This document shows positions 11,801 to 22,600 of a DNA stretch of 64,000 nt, one piece after another. The notes beneath the pieces are model-generated. The model saw only the letters and a list, made by a program, of their open reading frames with translations. It was not told the origin of the DNA and made no database searches. Location: positions 1 through 64,000 of the IMG/VR virus record IMGVR_UViG_3300025012_000066; one strand, given 5' to 3'. Position 1 is the stretch's first letter. The number at the start of each line of letters is the position of its first letter. This DNA is from a virus. The position numbers and the translations under genes are program-made.

Positions 11801-11994
11801 ATAACTTTAAACAACCCCAAATTGACTTTTCAAATTTTAAACCGAGATCATCCGAAACTCATGTCAGTGTGCCAACTACAATAAATTTTAATGTTACAGG
11901 AAAAGATTTTACGACAAGAGATTTGGATAAGATTAGTGGGCATATAGCTCATAGAACTATCACCAATTTAAAAAGAGTAGGAGTTAATATTTAA
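5893..11994 (+). CDS. tail tape measure protein (TP901-type core)
   Basis: 2033 aa, helical/coiled-coil; LDSAMINLKKVT...GNGFKTLALRL core, hydrophobic middle, C-terminal YAEGG...PERVLS. Confidence 0.95.
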   Translation: MANKDDMFGIGIKLTWTPQELTSQINAIQNYITKNHNLKINLNLNEATLKGLERLSQLSKSAAKELNAIKAPMFNLDNPNQEAQKYIGTINNLVSTFQKFKGQTSVVYDEFGKVSLKVDTASGAIKRYTLQWDELTQRLSRTNMRNIDNSNVNIERELQLRQRLNAQIQNNAESLQHYLRIQQMNLNSSMSRFETQRTGLYNVDELNNLRTRLNQLTPTTENLRRNVGLLRAEFNALNTTAIANGINTVNRNAMSLGESLKLVAFKMLTWLGMGNLIFGTISQIKSAVVFIKDLDSAMINLKKVTNETSTAYKEFENDAGNLGRELARTTIEVVKATANFAKMGYTLREAKELAKEALIMQNVGDIENVDKATQYLIATLKGFNLQATQSAKVVDIMNEVSNLHSITVDGLGKAYERSSAVMAQAGNTIEETTALLTSANAVVQNPEKVGNGFKTLALRLRGVDEEAKELFPKLEADLNAVGVQLRNVDGGWRSTYNILKDFSKVYMQMPDMARSKLLEDMSGKYQANILAATLQNFSEAEKTLEDALTSVGSSARENEIYLTSVEARVRQFKVSLEELYKLFLSSDLLKGGISVLGGLVSVMSGVSSVFGGIPALAGAATTSVLVFSSALRTSIYETIRLKVEQYGFLRSIPALWLTATGGVRGFSGTLAFLRTSLTSTRIAVIALQTTMTLGLSLVITGVIALVQKLVEALGRSKNAMDEQSQAFKDTLDNLGNLTSDYEKANKLIAIYNELSKVTNKTVDQKQKLVDVQQQLAQLFPSLVTGYDLEGQAILDLDSKHDDLIAKKKEEINLETKRLSSQFYQNQAIWIQSMVESQKELNKLKIEQKDIQDNIDNIKTNTSLSEDVKESYLVGWYEKFDAVSGKISDTQLKLNKVKTTYDQGLTSTVKYELESLKLSNDTINNFSDNYLSLVEVLKNSGNDPSVVLRGIFESIKKNSDIQNVFKNWTDAQNKYKEGSIEAVEVEKLHKKTIDDLTESLKKSNPELKPEIVDSIAQSFILLGNVTPKVKDGIDSTAQSFATLQETLSDSSSAISEIQSALDSYNETGKFSLDNIIKLSSTYPKLLGMLGDEKAIREELTNIIEQEQEKSRQAYIVMLNGSVNFYNKNIEGIQKFVAGLDGAREVDLSGAKSLAEAKLKVENELMKNLAGMWSQYYDAQGNMTKANIIDGGRTIVGQDGKETYITPEMRAQLKAYYDASSAVKKKFDDIAMSGTKSIDFSKLGMSKSDSKKKEEKLLSIESTTQALINQIQQEYLLQKAKSDSIQKDLSQAQSQKDYAKTLELTNSLISSQAQELSLLSTARSKINQAKDSAISSASSQFGNISERWFTGNDNQESVAYIEEHNKASEKTRKIMEETFKSLQLLRNAWMSNKSTMDENAESSKSLKTSLTQIQIDKFNQSISFLDDSISQSKANLDLYSTSSQEYSNEQSYQISLLQQKKSAIDSEILSLKSQLVNTELTTEATVLLSEALKTSISDGINAQKALLDAKSSIADSVISTMKSSLETQKDIALKSIDLQMDAEDKRHTNEIDNIEKETKETAKKYKTITDDIDAQTEAEVDRHKIATDNIDAEIETEEKRHTSVIDNIDAEIAKLNEQADTDSYNTKLAKDQKEAQDIQDKINILSLDNSLEAKAKISDLNDELSEKQIAIADFQQKHSLDLQNKNLQRLKDAENTKNDLRNKDFKNFKDVEDTKNDLINKNLKTYKDAQSDINDSQNEYYQNMKDAEDNKNKIIKDGLDLQKKNQEYFWNEQINNERYFASLRTQIINGNIDQMKTKLTSFLADFKNMNEETAKALGVSWTGLQSLIDGVQASQTNLNVISNGVTTPYYPGTTMNGVPVSNNGSSSSSSSSGSSSTSSSSGNYVTWNNGSSGWNAHDSSGNIIASGVANPPKYAEGGETQSTGMHYLDGKVGKPERVLSPVQTTSFNQLVKDLPSLTTVMDNLMKNNLLMNNFKQPQIDFSNFKPRSSETHVSVPTTINFNVTGKDFTTRDLDKISGHIAHRTITNLKRVGVNI

Positions 11995-12003
11995 TAAATC
12001 AAG

Positions 12004-12040
12004 AAAATAAGATGTGCATTGAACTACACATCTTATTTTC
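12004..12040 (+). terminator. hairpin after the tape measure gene
   Basis: GAAAATAAGATGTG...CACATCTTATTTTC inverted repeat. Confidence 0.55.
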
Positions 12041-12064
12041 TATAAAAAGGTAGGTGAATAATTA

Positions 12065-12841
12065 ATGTCAATATCAGAATCATTATTTTTTATTTATGAT
12101 AATGTAAACTTTTATGAACAATTTGGAATTATAAATGTCCATGTTGATTCAGGGTTATATGATGAAAGTTTTCTATCAAATAGAACCATAATTGAACAAA
12201 AAATAAGAAAAAATCCAGTTCCATATTTTCAAGAAATTCAAGAAGATACATTAGAGTTAAAATTATCATTTGCTTTTTCTGATAAATTTGATGAAGAGAA
12301 AATTCGTGAAGTGGCAAGAAGTCTAAAAAAAGATTTTTATGCTCCTTTGATTTTTTCAGAGAATCCAGACCGTATCTTTTTCGCATTATGTACTGACAAT
12401 CCAAGATTAATACACACTGGATTGGGAACTGGCTATATAAATTTGAATTTCAGATGCAACGCTCCTTGGAGTTTTAGTCCAATTTACTCTTCTCCTATTT
12501 ATGATTACTCCTCTAATTCTGTTGAAGGAACTCAATTGAAATTTATAAACAATGGTGATCTTCCATTGTCACCTCTCATTAATGTAGAAATCGTTAGTGG
12601 GACATCTTTTTCAATTCAAAACTTATCTGATGGTGGAAAATTAATGTCATTCACAGATTTAGAAGTTGGTGAAATTTTAGAAATAAATTGTGAATCTGAA
12701 GATATTAAAACCAATATTCCGTTAATTTATAGATATGATTCTATATCAGGAGATTTTCTGAGTTTGAATAGAGGAATTTCAAATTTGTTGGTTAAAGGTA
12801 ATATAAAACTACAATTCCAATATGAACATAGAATTCTCTAG
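12065..12841 (+). CDS. distal tail protein (Dit)
   Basis: Follows the tape measure gene; LIFSENPDRIF, FRCNAPW, INNGD..P, FLSLNRG motifs. Confidence 0.85.
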   Translation: MSISESLFFIYDNVNFYEQFGIINVHVDSGLYDESFLSNRTIIEQKIRKNPVPYFQEIQEDTLELKLSFAFSDKFDEEKIREVARSLKKDFYAPLIFSENPDRIFFALCTDNPRLIHTGLGTGYINLNFRCNAPWSFSPIYSSPIYDYSSNSVEGTQLKFINNGDLPLSPLINVEIVSGTSFSIQNLSDGGKLMSFTDLEVGEILEINCESEDIKTNIPLIYRYDSISGDFLSLNRGISNLLVKGNIKLQFQYEHRIL

Positions 12842-12884
12842 TTTTAGTCATAATTCTGAAGTTATTAATGAAAGGAAATAAAAT

Positions 12885-15800
12885 ATGTTGCAACAAATCG
12901 ATTTGTCAAATACTACTCAAACGCCTAAAATACAAATATGTAAACCAAATAAAACAATTATAGGCAATATTAAAGAATCATACAATATAAATCTAAAACA
13001 AAAAATAATTGGTACATCTGAACTAAACTTTAATATACCATATCTTATAGAAAAAAATCATCAATTAATAGGCAATCCTCATATATCTCAATTGAAAAAT
13101 AGATACTTAATTAAATTTACTTTAGGAGAATTTGTAGAGTGGTTTATTATTAACAATCCATCAAATAATTCAGATGATAGTTCAGATTTTTTATCTATTC
13201 AAGCATTCTCTCTTGAATATGAATTAAGCGATAGATATATTCGCAATTATCATCCAACATCTATTATACTTTCAGATGTGATTAACATTGCACTAATAGA
13301 TACATCTTGGACAATAAGCAGTGTTCCCAATGGTTTTGATACTGTTTATAGAGCATTTGATGTTTCGTCTACTTCTGTATTGTCATTTATTTTAGAAGTG
13401 GCAGAGAAATTTAATTTAATTGCAAAATTTAATACATCCCTTAGACAAATTGACTTTTATAAAAAGGATAATTTGGGACAAAATAAAGGATTGACTGCTA
13501 ATGAGAGAAAATATTTAAAATCTATTAGTGATGGAATAGACAATACTAAATTCTGTACAAGATTAAAAGTTTTTGGCAAAGACGATTTAACAATAAATAG
13601 AGTAAACCCTACGGGTCAGAATTATGTAGAAGATTATACATATTTTATGCTACCATTCACAAGAGATGTAAATAAAGTTACTATAACTCATTCAGATTAT
13701 TTGTCTGACGAATTATGTCAAGCCGAATTGGATTTTATAGATTTAATATCATCTAAATTAACAGATTATAATTATTTGCTCTCACAATTAACACCATTAC
13801 AAGAATTATTAACAACCAAACAAAATGAATTAGATGAATTAAATATAACGTTAAAGAATAATAATTATAATATACAATTATCAGTCGCGGAAGTTACAGA
13901 TTTGACAGTATTGTTGGCAGAGCAAACCAATGTAAAAAATGCAATAACTTCCAAAGAAGCGGAAATAATTGTTGTAGGAATAGATATTTATGCAATACAA
14001 TCTCAAATTACTGCATTACAATCTTTATTGTCTTTATCAAACAATTTCTCTTCATCTTTATTAGCAGAAAGAAATCGATTTATTATAGAAAAAGAAATTA
14101 CAGATAGTGCATATATTGATGATGTAGACTTATATGGTTTTGCAAAGGATAAATTAGATGAAATGTGCATCCCTCCAATTTCCCTACAGATTAATATTGT
14201 AAATTTTCTAGAATGCATAACGGAACAGCATAACTGGGGGAAAATTGTTTTAGGAGATACTGTCAACGTAAAACATAGTTTACTTAATGTCAATGTAACT
14301 GCCCAAATAACTGAAACAAATTTTAATTTTGAAAGTAGGGACATAGATTTAACAATATCCAATATAGTTAAGATTGAAAATGAAGATGAGAAATTATCGA
14401 GATTAATTAATAAAGCATCTTATGTTGGAAATATAGTAGATATCAATAAACCTGAATGGGATAATGCTTTGTCTAATTCTCAAAAATACACAGACTTGCA
14501 AGCACAAGATATTAATAAATCATTAATTAATTTGGCTGTGAATGCAAATATAATTTCTCAAGATGGGTACATTACATTAATTGAGTCAAATACTTTAAAA
14601 ACGTCATTAGATCAGTTATTGTCTGAGTCAATTGAATTTTTAAGTGTAGATTATTTAGATATTGCTACAGAGAAAACGAATTATCAAAATGCTTTAGACG
14701 TATTGCAAATAGAATTAGATAATTGGATTGGGAAAAGTAGTTATCCTATCTTTATTACTTTAGCACAAAAAACCATATTAACAACTAAATTTGAAAATGT
14801 TCAAAGTACAAAATCAATTTTAATTAATAAAATAAGCATTGTTAGGGAGAATAATGCAAAATTTTATTCGACAAGTCAATTGAATAATTTTATTAGTGAA
14901 ACTTATGATCTTGATTTAACAGGGATTCAAACTCAAATAGATGGAAAAATAGAATCGTATTTTACGGATACAGACCCCAATACTTGGTTGGAAACAGATA
15001 GAACAAAGCATAATGGAGATATGTGGTACAGTGCTTCGACCAAATTATTAAAACGATATAATGGAACAACGAATTTGTGGGCGTTAATTGAAGATCAAAA
15101 AGCCATTGACGCTTATACAAGTGCTTCAACGGCACAAGATACGGCAGATTCTAAACGTAGAGTATTTATTGCAACTCCTACAGTCCCTTATGATATTGGC
15201 GACTTATGGAGAATTGAAGGTCAACCAGATTTCAAAATATGTATTGTTAGTAAATTAATATCTGAAACTTATGTTAGTACAGATTGGATTATAGCTACAG
15301 ATACAGAAGGGTTTATTAATGCACAAATTTTAGATGTAGAAACATCTCTTGGTAGTTTAAAAGCAAATATAGATGATTTTTCAAGTGATTCTATATTAAC
15401 ATTATCTGAAGCGAATTCATTGAAGATATCTTTAAGTCAAGTTAATTCTGAAAGTGCAGACTTGATTATTATTGCTGATAAATTATTAATTACAACAGAG
15501 AAATACAATTATCAAACTGCATTAAATAATTTACAATCAGAATTAAATAGTTGGATTACCGTTCCTAATGGAAACTACACGGGGACATATCCGATTGTCA
15601 TAACGCCAACTAATAGAACAAACATTCAAACAAAATTTCAAGATGTTCAAAATAAAAAATCGATATTAATAAATATTATAGGGGAGGTAAGAAATACAAA
15701 TGCAACATTTTGGGGAATTGAATCTGGTGGTGCAATATCTGTAATGAATCTTACTCCTTTAGATTATGAACCTAAATCTCAATTTACAGGATATAGCACA

Positions 15801-17330
15801 GGAGTAATACCAAATACTATTTCAGTTGCAAGTACAGCAAATTTTCCTAGCTCTGGAATTATATACTATACTGTCCATGTCAATGAAGGGGGTATAATTA
15901 AAGATTATATACTTCCACAAGTTTATACGTCAAAAGATGACATTAATAATAAATTTTATTTAAATGATCCACCAACTTACTCTATAAATTCATATCCTCC
16001 GGGTGGTGGTATGATTTATACATTCCCATATCAGCCACAAACTACGGTTTATGAAGTTTCCCTCGATTATAAGGACATATGGGTTGCAAGCACAAGTGGG
16101 TTTCCTGATTCTGGTATTCTATATAGTTATAACAATAATAAAATAATACAACAACCTTATATTTCTAAAGATGCAAATGCTTTTTATTGTGATGCAATGA
16201 ATGAAGAAATGGTTAGTGATGAAGTTACCTATGTTGGTCTTTATCAAAATCCTGTTACTGTTGATATTAGTGTTGGGGAAATAATTGCAGTTAATAATAA
16301 GAATGTAAGGATGGTTGTTCCTGCAAAAACATGGACAAATTACCCGATATATTTATCACATACAGGATGCAGAGATTCAAGAAGAATGGATGTTGGTTGG
16401 ATATATGTATATATCTATATAGATCAAAACAGTGAATTACAAATTGCTAATTATGATACTATTAATGGTGTAGTTTTATTTCCACCACAATTGAACATTT
16501 ATAATCCATCTCCCTATATTTGGCAAACACCAGTAAGTAGTTATTCAATGATTGCTATAACCTATCCTAATCCTTCTCAATTATGGGGAGTAATGTGTAA
16601 TGATACAAATAGAAGATATATTTATGTTAATTCTACTTGGTATTTCTATGACACATACTCTTCCAATGATATTTTAGTTGGTTATTTAATGTGTGGTTTT
16701 GGAAAAACAGAACCAAGTGGGATATATAGTTTTGGTAATTTTGACACTAATACGGACAATACTCCAGTTTGGAAAGCAATTGTAAAACAAGACTTTCGCT
16801 ATAGAAATGATAAGTTAATTCAATATGATTTAAGTGGAAATGGAGTTAATTTATCAACATATGGTACTGATATGATATCAATGATATTGACAGGGGCGAA
16901 CAGTAGTGTTCAATCAATATATAATACTCATACAAAGTATATTCCATTAGGAATAAGTAAAAGAACATGTGATTTATCAATTACTTCTAATACTACAAAG
17001 ACCGGAGCAGACATTTTGGTTCAGGGTGCTCATTTTAACGTTGGTAGAAAAGCTGCAGGTGGAGATAGTTATGGTATTAAAGTATTGTGGGGTATTTATG
17101 TAAATTCGGATGGAACCTCAGTCCATGTTGACCAAAAAAGAAATAGTGTAACATGGGGGGATTACGTAATTCCACCTACTGCATTAAACACTATATATAC
17201 AATAATTTGTGACCTTGATATTATGCCATATCCAAATAATCCAAATATAATGTGTTTAAAAGTTGTATTATTTAATTATTCTAACGTAGATGAAACTGTT
17301 AATTTAAGATTGAATTGGTCTGCTAGTTAA
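12885..17330 (+). CDS. tail spike / Tal-like protein with two internal ~90-aa repeats
   Basis: Follows Dit; TRLKVFGKDDL..NPTGQNY, LGDTVNV; repeats at about 14560-14850 and 15385-15690. Confidence 0.85.
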   Translation: MLQQIDLSNTTQTPKIQICKPNKTIIGNIKESYNINLKQKIIGTSELNFNIPYLIEKNHQLIGNPHISQLKNRYLIKFTLGEFVEWFIINNPSNNSDDSSDFLSIQAFSLEYELSDRYIRNYHPTSIILSDVINIALIDTSWTISSVPNGFDTVYRAFDVSSTSVLSFILEVAEKFNLIAKFNTSLRQIDFYKKDNLGQNKGLTANERKYLKSISDGIDNTKFCTRLKVFGKDDLTINRVNPTGQNYVEDYTYFMLPFTRDVNKVTITHSDYLSDELCQAELDFIDLISSKLTDYNYLLSQLTPLQELLTTKQNELDELNITLKNNNYNIQLSVAEVTDLTVLLAEQTNVKNAITSKEAEIIVVGIDIYAIQSQITALQSLLSLSNNFSSSLLAERNRFIIEKEITDSAYIDDVDLYGFAKDKLDEMCIPPISLQINIVNFLECITEQHNWGKIVLGDTVNVKHSLLNVNVTAQITETNFNFESRDIDLTISNIVKIENEDEKLSRLINKASYVGNIVDINKPEWDNALSNSQKYTDLQAQDINKSLINLAVNANIISQDGYITLIESNTLKTSLDQLLSESIEFLSVDYLDIATEKTNYQNALDVLQIELDNWIGKSSYPIFITLAQKTILTTKFENVQSTKSILINKISIVRENNAKFYSTSQLNNFISETYDLDLTGIQTQIDGKIESYFTDTDPNTWLETDRTKHNGDMWYSASTKLLKRYNGTTNLWALIEDQKAIDAYTSASTAQDTADSKRRVFIATPTVPYDIGDLWRIEGQPDFKICIVSKLISETYVSTDWIIATDTEGFINAQILDVETSLGSLKANIDDFSSDSILTLSEANSLKISLSQVNSESADLIIIADKLLITTEKYNYQTALNNLQSELNSWITVPNGNYTGTYPIVITPTNRTNIQTKFQDVQNKKSILINIIGEVRNTNATFWGIESGGAISVMNLTPLDYEPKSQFTGYSTGVIPNTISVASTANFPSSGIIYYTVHVNEGGIIKDYILPQVYTSKDDINNKFYLNDPPTYSINSYPPGGGMIYTFPYQPQTTVYEVSLDYKDIWVASTSGFPDSGILYSYNNNKIIQQPYISKDANAFYCDAMNEEMVSDEVTYVGLYQNPVTVDISVGEIIAVNNKNVRMVVPAKTWTNYPIYLSHTGCRDSRRMDVGWIYVYIYIDQNSELQIANYDTINGVVLFPPQLNIYNPSPYIWQTPVSSYSMIAITYPNPSQLWGVMCNDTNRRYIYVNSTWYFYDTYSSNDILVGYLMCGFGKTEPSGIYSFGNFDTNTDNTPVWKAIVKQDFRYRNDKLIQYDLSGNGVNLSTYGTDMISMILTGANSSVQSIYNTHTKYIPLGISKRTCDLSITSNTTKTGADILVQGAHFNVGRKAAGGDSYGIKVLWGIYVNSDGTSVHVDQKRNSVTWGDYVIPPTALNTIYTIICDLDIMPYPNNPNIMCLKVVLFNYSNVDETVNLRLNWSAS

Positions 17331-17607
17331 TTTTTAAATAAGGGGTGATGATATGTCGGATGAAAATTTAATTCCACAGAGAATTAGAGTAGCAATTACT
17401 TTTGATCAAGTGATTGCTACAAATGCAAATGAGCAAAACTTCTTGTTGATAGGAATCGATGAAGGTGAAAAAACAGAATGAAACTAATTGGATGATATTC
17501 TGTTTACTATTTTAATGAAATAAGAACAGAAAGCATAATTGCCGAGGAGGAATTTAATTCTTCCTCTTTTGCTGTTCAAATAAACTTTTAAGGAAGGTGA
17601 TTAATTA

Positions 17608-18489
17608 ATGGCTTTTTTCTCAGATTCAAATCCGTTATATACTTTAGAAAATCTAGAACCATATCCATCTACCACAGATTTATTACCCGTAGTAAGTGGT
17701 CGTACAATTTTGTTACAAATTCCAAATGAATTCCAAAAAGTTGTTGTTTCAGATCCATCTGCTCCCTTAGTTCAATATTTTGAAACGACTGGATTATTAA
17801 CCCAATCAACTTTTTATAGAGTTGATTATAAAAATGGTGGAATTGTTTACTTAGATTCTTCTCAAAATGGTAAAACATTACAATTTAATTATTATAGTAA
17901 AGGTGTAATGGGGATTAGTTCTAGACGAGTTATCACAGATAATAATGCCGATCCTACTGAGACTTTGCAATCTTTTATTGATGCAACAGGTCAAGATTTA
18001 CAACAATTTAAAAATGATACAAATCAGACATACAGTGATTTTGTTGAATCAACAAATAATTCTTATGATGATTATGTAAATACAACGGATTTAAGAATTC
18101 AATATACAGATTCAATAATGATTAGTAAATTTTCTGAGATAGATGTAAAAATTGCAGATACGGAAGTTGCTAGACAAAATGCAATTGTTGCAACGAGTGA
18201 TGCAAATGTTGCAACAACTAATGCAAGCAATGCGACAACTTTAGCTAATACAGCATATACAACAACTTTAACAATTCCTAAAGTTCCAGTTGCTACATAT
18301 TCACAAATTACAAGTGTTTATTCTAATCCATCTGTTGGGTGGGAAGTTGTAACCTTGGATACTGGTAATAAGTATAGATATAGTGGCTCTGCTTGGATTG
18401 AAAATGGTAATGTTAATAGAGGTGGAATTTTGGTTGGATCAAGTCAACCTTCCGACAATTCTATAATCTGGATAGATATTAATAGTTAG
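17608..18489 (+). CDS. virion/baseplate-associated protein
   Basis: Tail module; YRVDYKNGGIVYL; C-terminal PSDNSIIWID. Confidence 0.65.
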   Translation: MAFFSDSNPLYTLENLEPYPSTTDLLPVVSGRTILLQIPNEFQKVVVSDPSAPLVQYFETTGLLTQSTFYRVDYKNGGIVYLDSSQNGKTLQFNYYSKGVMGISSRRVITDNNADPTETLQSFIDATGQDLQQFKNDTNQTYSDFVESTNNSYDDYVNTTDLRIQYTDSIMISKFSEIDVKIADTEVARQNAIVATSDANVATTNASNATTLANTAYTTTLTIPKVPVATYSQITSVYSNPSVGWEVVTLDTGNKYRYSGSAWIENGNVNRGGILVGSSQPSDNSIIWIDINS

Positions 18490-18580
18490 TAGTCAATAAA
18501 TAATAATTATTAAATTACTTGATTTTAGAACGGATATATTTTTATCTGTTTATTTATTTTGTGTAAAAGGAGTTTTAAAA

Positions 18581-18748
18581 ATGAATATTTACAATTGCTT
18601 CTCACAGAAGTTGGCTGGATTTTTACTTACGAATGGATTTCCTATTATTGGAGTTAAATCTGATTTAAAGAAAACTGGTAGAAATATTTATTTGTTTCAA
18701 GATAGTGAATTGCTTAGAGCAATGATTAGTAAGTATAAAACAGTATAA
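18581..18748 (+). CDS. DUF5659-like small protein (55 aa)
   Basis: Manual translation MNIYNCFSQKLAGFLLTNGF...RNIYLFQDSELL; RBS AAGGAG; paralog of 31889-32080. Confidence 0.75.
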   Translation: MNIYNCFSQKLAGFLLTNGFPIIGVKSDLKKTGRNIYLFQDSELLRAMISKYKTV

Positions 18749-18770
18749 AAAGAAAGAAGGTTGTATAAAT

Positions 18771-19616
18771 ATGCCATATATAAAATTTAAAATAGAAAAA
18801 ACATATGAAGAATATCTAGAACTATTTAAAATTACTTGTGAAGAGTTAGGTAAAGCATTGACCGTAAAAGAATTAAGAAATAATAAAAACTTACCTTATG
18901 AGAACTATTTTATAAAATATTGTCCAAATAAAGATGTAAAGAAATATAATGATTTTCTAGAATGGATAGGTCTTAATCCTAACATTAAACTATCTATATA
19001 CACTTATGAAATAGCATATGAAGAATTTGCGAAACGAGGATTTATTTTATTACCACAAGAATATAAAGATTCTAAATCTCCTTTAACATATGTATGTCTT
19101 AAACATCCAAATATAATTCAAACGAAAACTCTGAATAATTTATTATTTGGCAAATATAGTGAAACTCAAATGTGTTACCTTTGTTACAAAGAAAGCATAA
19201 CTGGATCAGGAAGTCATTTTTGGAAAGGCGGTATCTCTTCTCTAAACGCCTACTTACGAGAATTTATAGATGAATGGAAAAAGAAAAGTATGGCAAATTC
19301 TGGTTATAGATGTGTAATAACAGGTGGTAAATTTGATGTAATTCATCATCTTTACTCATTTAATAAAATATTACAAGAAGTGTTAACAGAATTAGACATA
19401 CCAATTTATTCTATAATTAATAAATATACTACCGAAGAATTAGAACTACTAAAAATAAATATTGCGCGAAAACATGATGATTATCCTTTGGGAGTATGTT
19501 TATGTAAAAAGATACATAATTTATATCATCATATTTATGGCGACGATAATGCCCCTGAACAATTTGAAGAGTTTAAGAACAAATATAATAATGGCGAATT
19601 TGAAGAGGCAAGTTAA
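18771..19616 (+). CDS. HNH homing endonuclease
   Basis: YRCVITG...IHHL...GVCLCKKIHNLYH. Confidence 0.85.
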   Translation: MPYIKFKIEKTYEEYLELFKITCEELGKALTVKELRNNKNLPYENYFIKYCPNKDVKKYNDFLEWIGLNPNIKLSIYTYEIAYEEFAKRGFILLPQEYKDSKSPLTYVCLKHPNIIQTKTLNNLLFGKYSETQMCYLCYKESITGSGSHFWKGGISSLNAYLREFIDEWKKKSMANSGYRCVITGGKFDVIHHLYSFNKILQEVLTELDIPIYSIINKYTTEELELLKINIARKHDDYPLGVCLCKKIHNLYHHIYGDDNAPEQFEEFKNKYNNGEFEEAS

Positions 19617-19669
19617 GTCTCTTTTTTAATTTAAAGATAAAATTCTTATAAAGGAGGAATATAAATAAA

Positions 19670-22600
19670 ATGTCTACGATGAAATATTTTGATATAGGTA
19701 CACAAACTTGGCAAAGAGTTGATTCGGGAGCCATCAACGATGGAGTGGATAGAATAATTCCTAGTGATTTAAAATCATTTCATAGAAGTCAATTACATAG
19801 TGGATTTTTAAACTTTGGTAGCATAAGTGATTTTACACTTTCTATTTCGACTTTGAATGCAGTAAAAATTAATCGTGATTTGTTTGTTAATTTAAATAGT
19901 TATTATGTTAAAATTCCTGTGAATACTTTAATTCAATTTTCGGCACCCCCCTCTTCAGGAATAAGAAATGATTTGGCATATTTAAAAGCAACATTAGATT
20001 CTAAAGGATATTTAACAGGAGCGACTATTCAGGTTGCTGATAATGCAAATACATTAACTAACATAAGTTATACATTAGATAGTGTTGATAAAGGTTTGTA
20101 TAAAAACGGAAGTAATTTAGCAATAGAAATTTGCACTATTCCAAGGAGAAATTCTGGTTCATATTTACCTTCAAATCCTAATGGGGCAAAAAATTATTAT
20201 GCTCTTGGTGCTTCTAACTCTATTACCACAACTTATACAGGATCTTCAGTAATAATTACAGTTCCTTCTACTACAGGAATGCAAATTAATGACATCATAA
20301 AATCAGGAGCTAATATATTTTTAGTAACAGCAATTGGTTCTTCAACTCAGTTTACAGCAACTTATACAACTCCTACGAGTAGTGTTTCAGGAGTTTTAAA
20401 TTTAACTTTAGTTTCTGATAGGGTAGATGGTAATTATTCCAATGTAATTGATAGTAGAGATTTACAAATCAATAATGATTTACGTCATAGAACACAATTT
20501 CAATATAATTTTGATTATGAAGTTAAACGTGGTTCGGACCAATTTATGAGAGGTGAATTAAGTCCTAAAAAGTTATTGAAGACGTATCATGGAATTCCAA
20601 AAACAGAAATAGATAACAACACTATATTCTACGCTAGTTTGGATGGGACGACTGTAGCTGAGGTTGGTGGAACGGATTTAAAAAATGTTACTGCAACTTT
20701 TAAGCCGTCTTTAGTTGGTTCTGGATTAGTTGTTTCTGGTTATTATAAAAGGATAGATGTTAGTACATTTAATCTAAACAGCGCTGGAACAATTGATCTT
20801 TTAGTAAGTCCTCTTGTTAATACAAGCAATGGTATATTTTCTTTAAGGGATGCTTCTGATAAATGTTTATTGTCTTTGGTTATGGATACAGCTTCAACTA
20901 GATTATTTCTAGGTACTGGCAATGGAACAACTTATTATACAGACACCGTTTTAGGTGGCTCAACTTTTAAGTACACTACAATGCCCGAAATAGCTAAACA
21001 ATCTATGATACCCCTAAGAGTTACTATGGCCTACTCTGGTTCAACGACTGTAATTAAATTATTAGTAAATGGCAGTGTAAAATACACAATTACTTTTTCT
21101 GGTCAACTGCCTACCATTAAAGATTTAGTGTTTTTTAGCACTTCTGATATGCACAACAGTCAAAACTTTAGTGCTTATTATGCTAACGGGATTTTAGCAG
21201 ACATCTCAATCTCCAACATCGACCGTGGCTCACTATTCCCCAATCTCCCTGCCGACTTCATATCAGGTGACGCAGTAATCATGCCAGCCTACACCGACCA
21301 AAGACGCATTTTATCGGAGAGTCAGACGACACAAACTGTCAATTCTATTGTAAAAGCGACAAATTTGTTAAATAGTCGTGGTGTTTCTAGGGTAATAATT
21401 GGCACTCCTAATACTTGGAGTGCGAATGATACAGTGACAGTTACAGGTATGGCAGGAGAATTGATTTCTGGAGTTTATTCAAGTCCTTTAGCAACTGTGA
21501 TTAAGGATGCTTTATCTACTGATACAGTTATTTATACTGATTCAGTTACAGGATTGGTCGCTGGTGATGAAGTTAAATTAGTTGATAGAGTTTTAGGTAC
21601 AATTTTAGCAACAAAAACTATTGCTACAGATGGAGTAGATACTACTTTAAAGAAAGTAACATTTACAGCAACTATTGGAGTAGCATTAAGTAAATATCAA
21701 GTTGTAGTAATGGAGTCAACTGCTAGTTCAAGCGTTCCATTAGTCTACCACATGGTAGCAGGAGTAAAAACGGCAGTAGTAGGAACATGGGCAACACTTA
21801 GTACAAATGTAGCAACATTTACATTGGGAACAAATGCAGGACTTGTAGCACAAGACATTCAAATTGATTATTCTATGATTATGCCAGCAGGTCAACCTGC
21901 ATTGAGTGTACCGACAACAACTACTTTAATGGGTGAAGCAGGGTTTAGATTACCTTATGCTAATCAAACTATTACAAGTGATTATGCTAATAAGGTTAGT
22001 GGTAGGACATGGGAGAATCCGAATATTGCTAAGACATTAAGTGCGATTGTAGCAAATAATCCTGCTCCCACAGATTTTACTACAGAATTGATTACTTCTG
22101 AATACGCAAAAATGTTTACATTAGATGGAATTTTAACTACATTTAGCACAAGTGTCAATGGTGATCAAGCAGTTAGAATTCATCAATTAAATACAATTAA
22201 AAATATTGAACGCAAATTAGGTAGTAAAATTCCTGCAAGTACGACTGCTTTAAAAGTGGCATGGATTAAATCTAATGTAAGTAAATTAATTCCAAAACTC
22301 AATTGTTCAGGAAGTTCACCAACTGGCAATAAAGCCACGGTAGCAATTCGAGATAATAATAGCAATACTTGGACTGTTGGAGGTAATCATACTAATGCAG
22401 GGATTACATTAATTTCTTATGATATTACAAGTGCAAGCACAGTCACATTAGCAAATGCTATTGATGCTAATGGAATATTGAATGTAATTTCGTATGGCGA
22501 TGTATCAGATGGTGTGACTGCAAGTGTAATTAATAATGATTATGTGAGTTTGGATATTGTTTTTCAGAATAAAATCGTGAATTTATTTGGTTTAGCGACA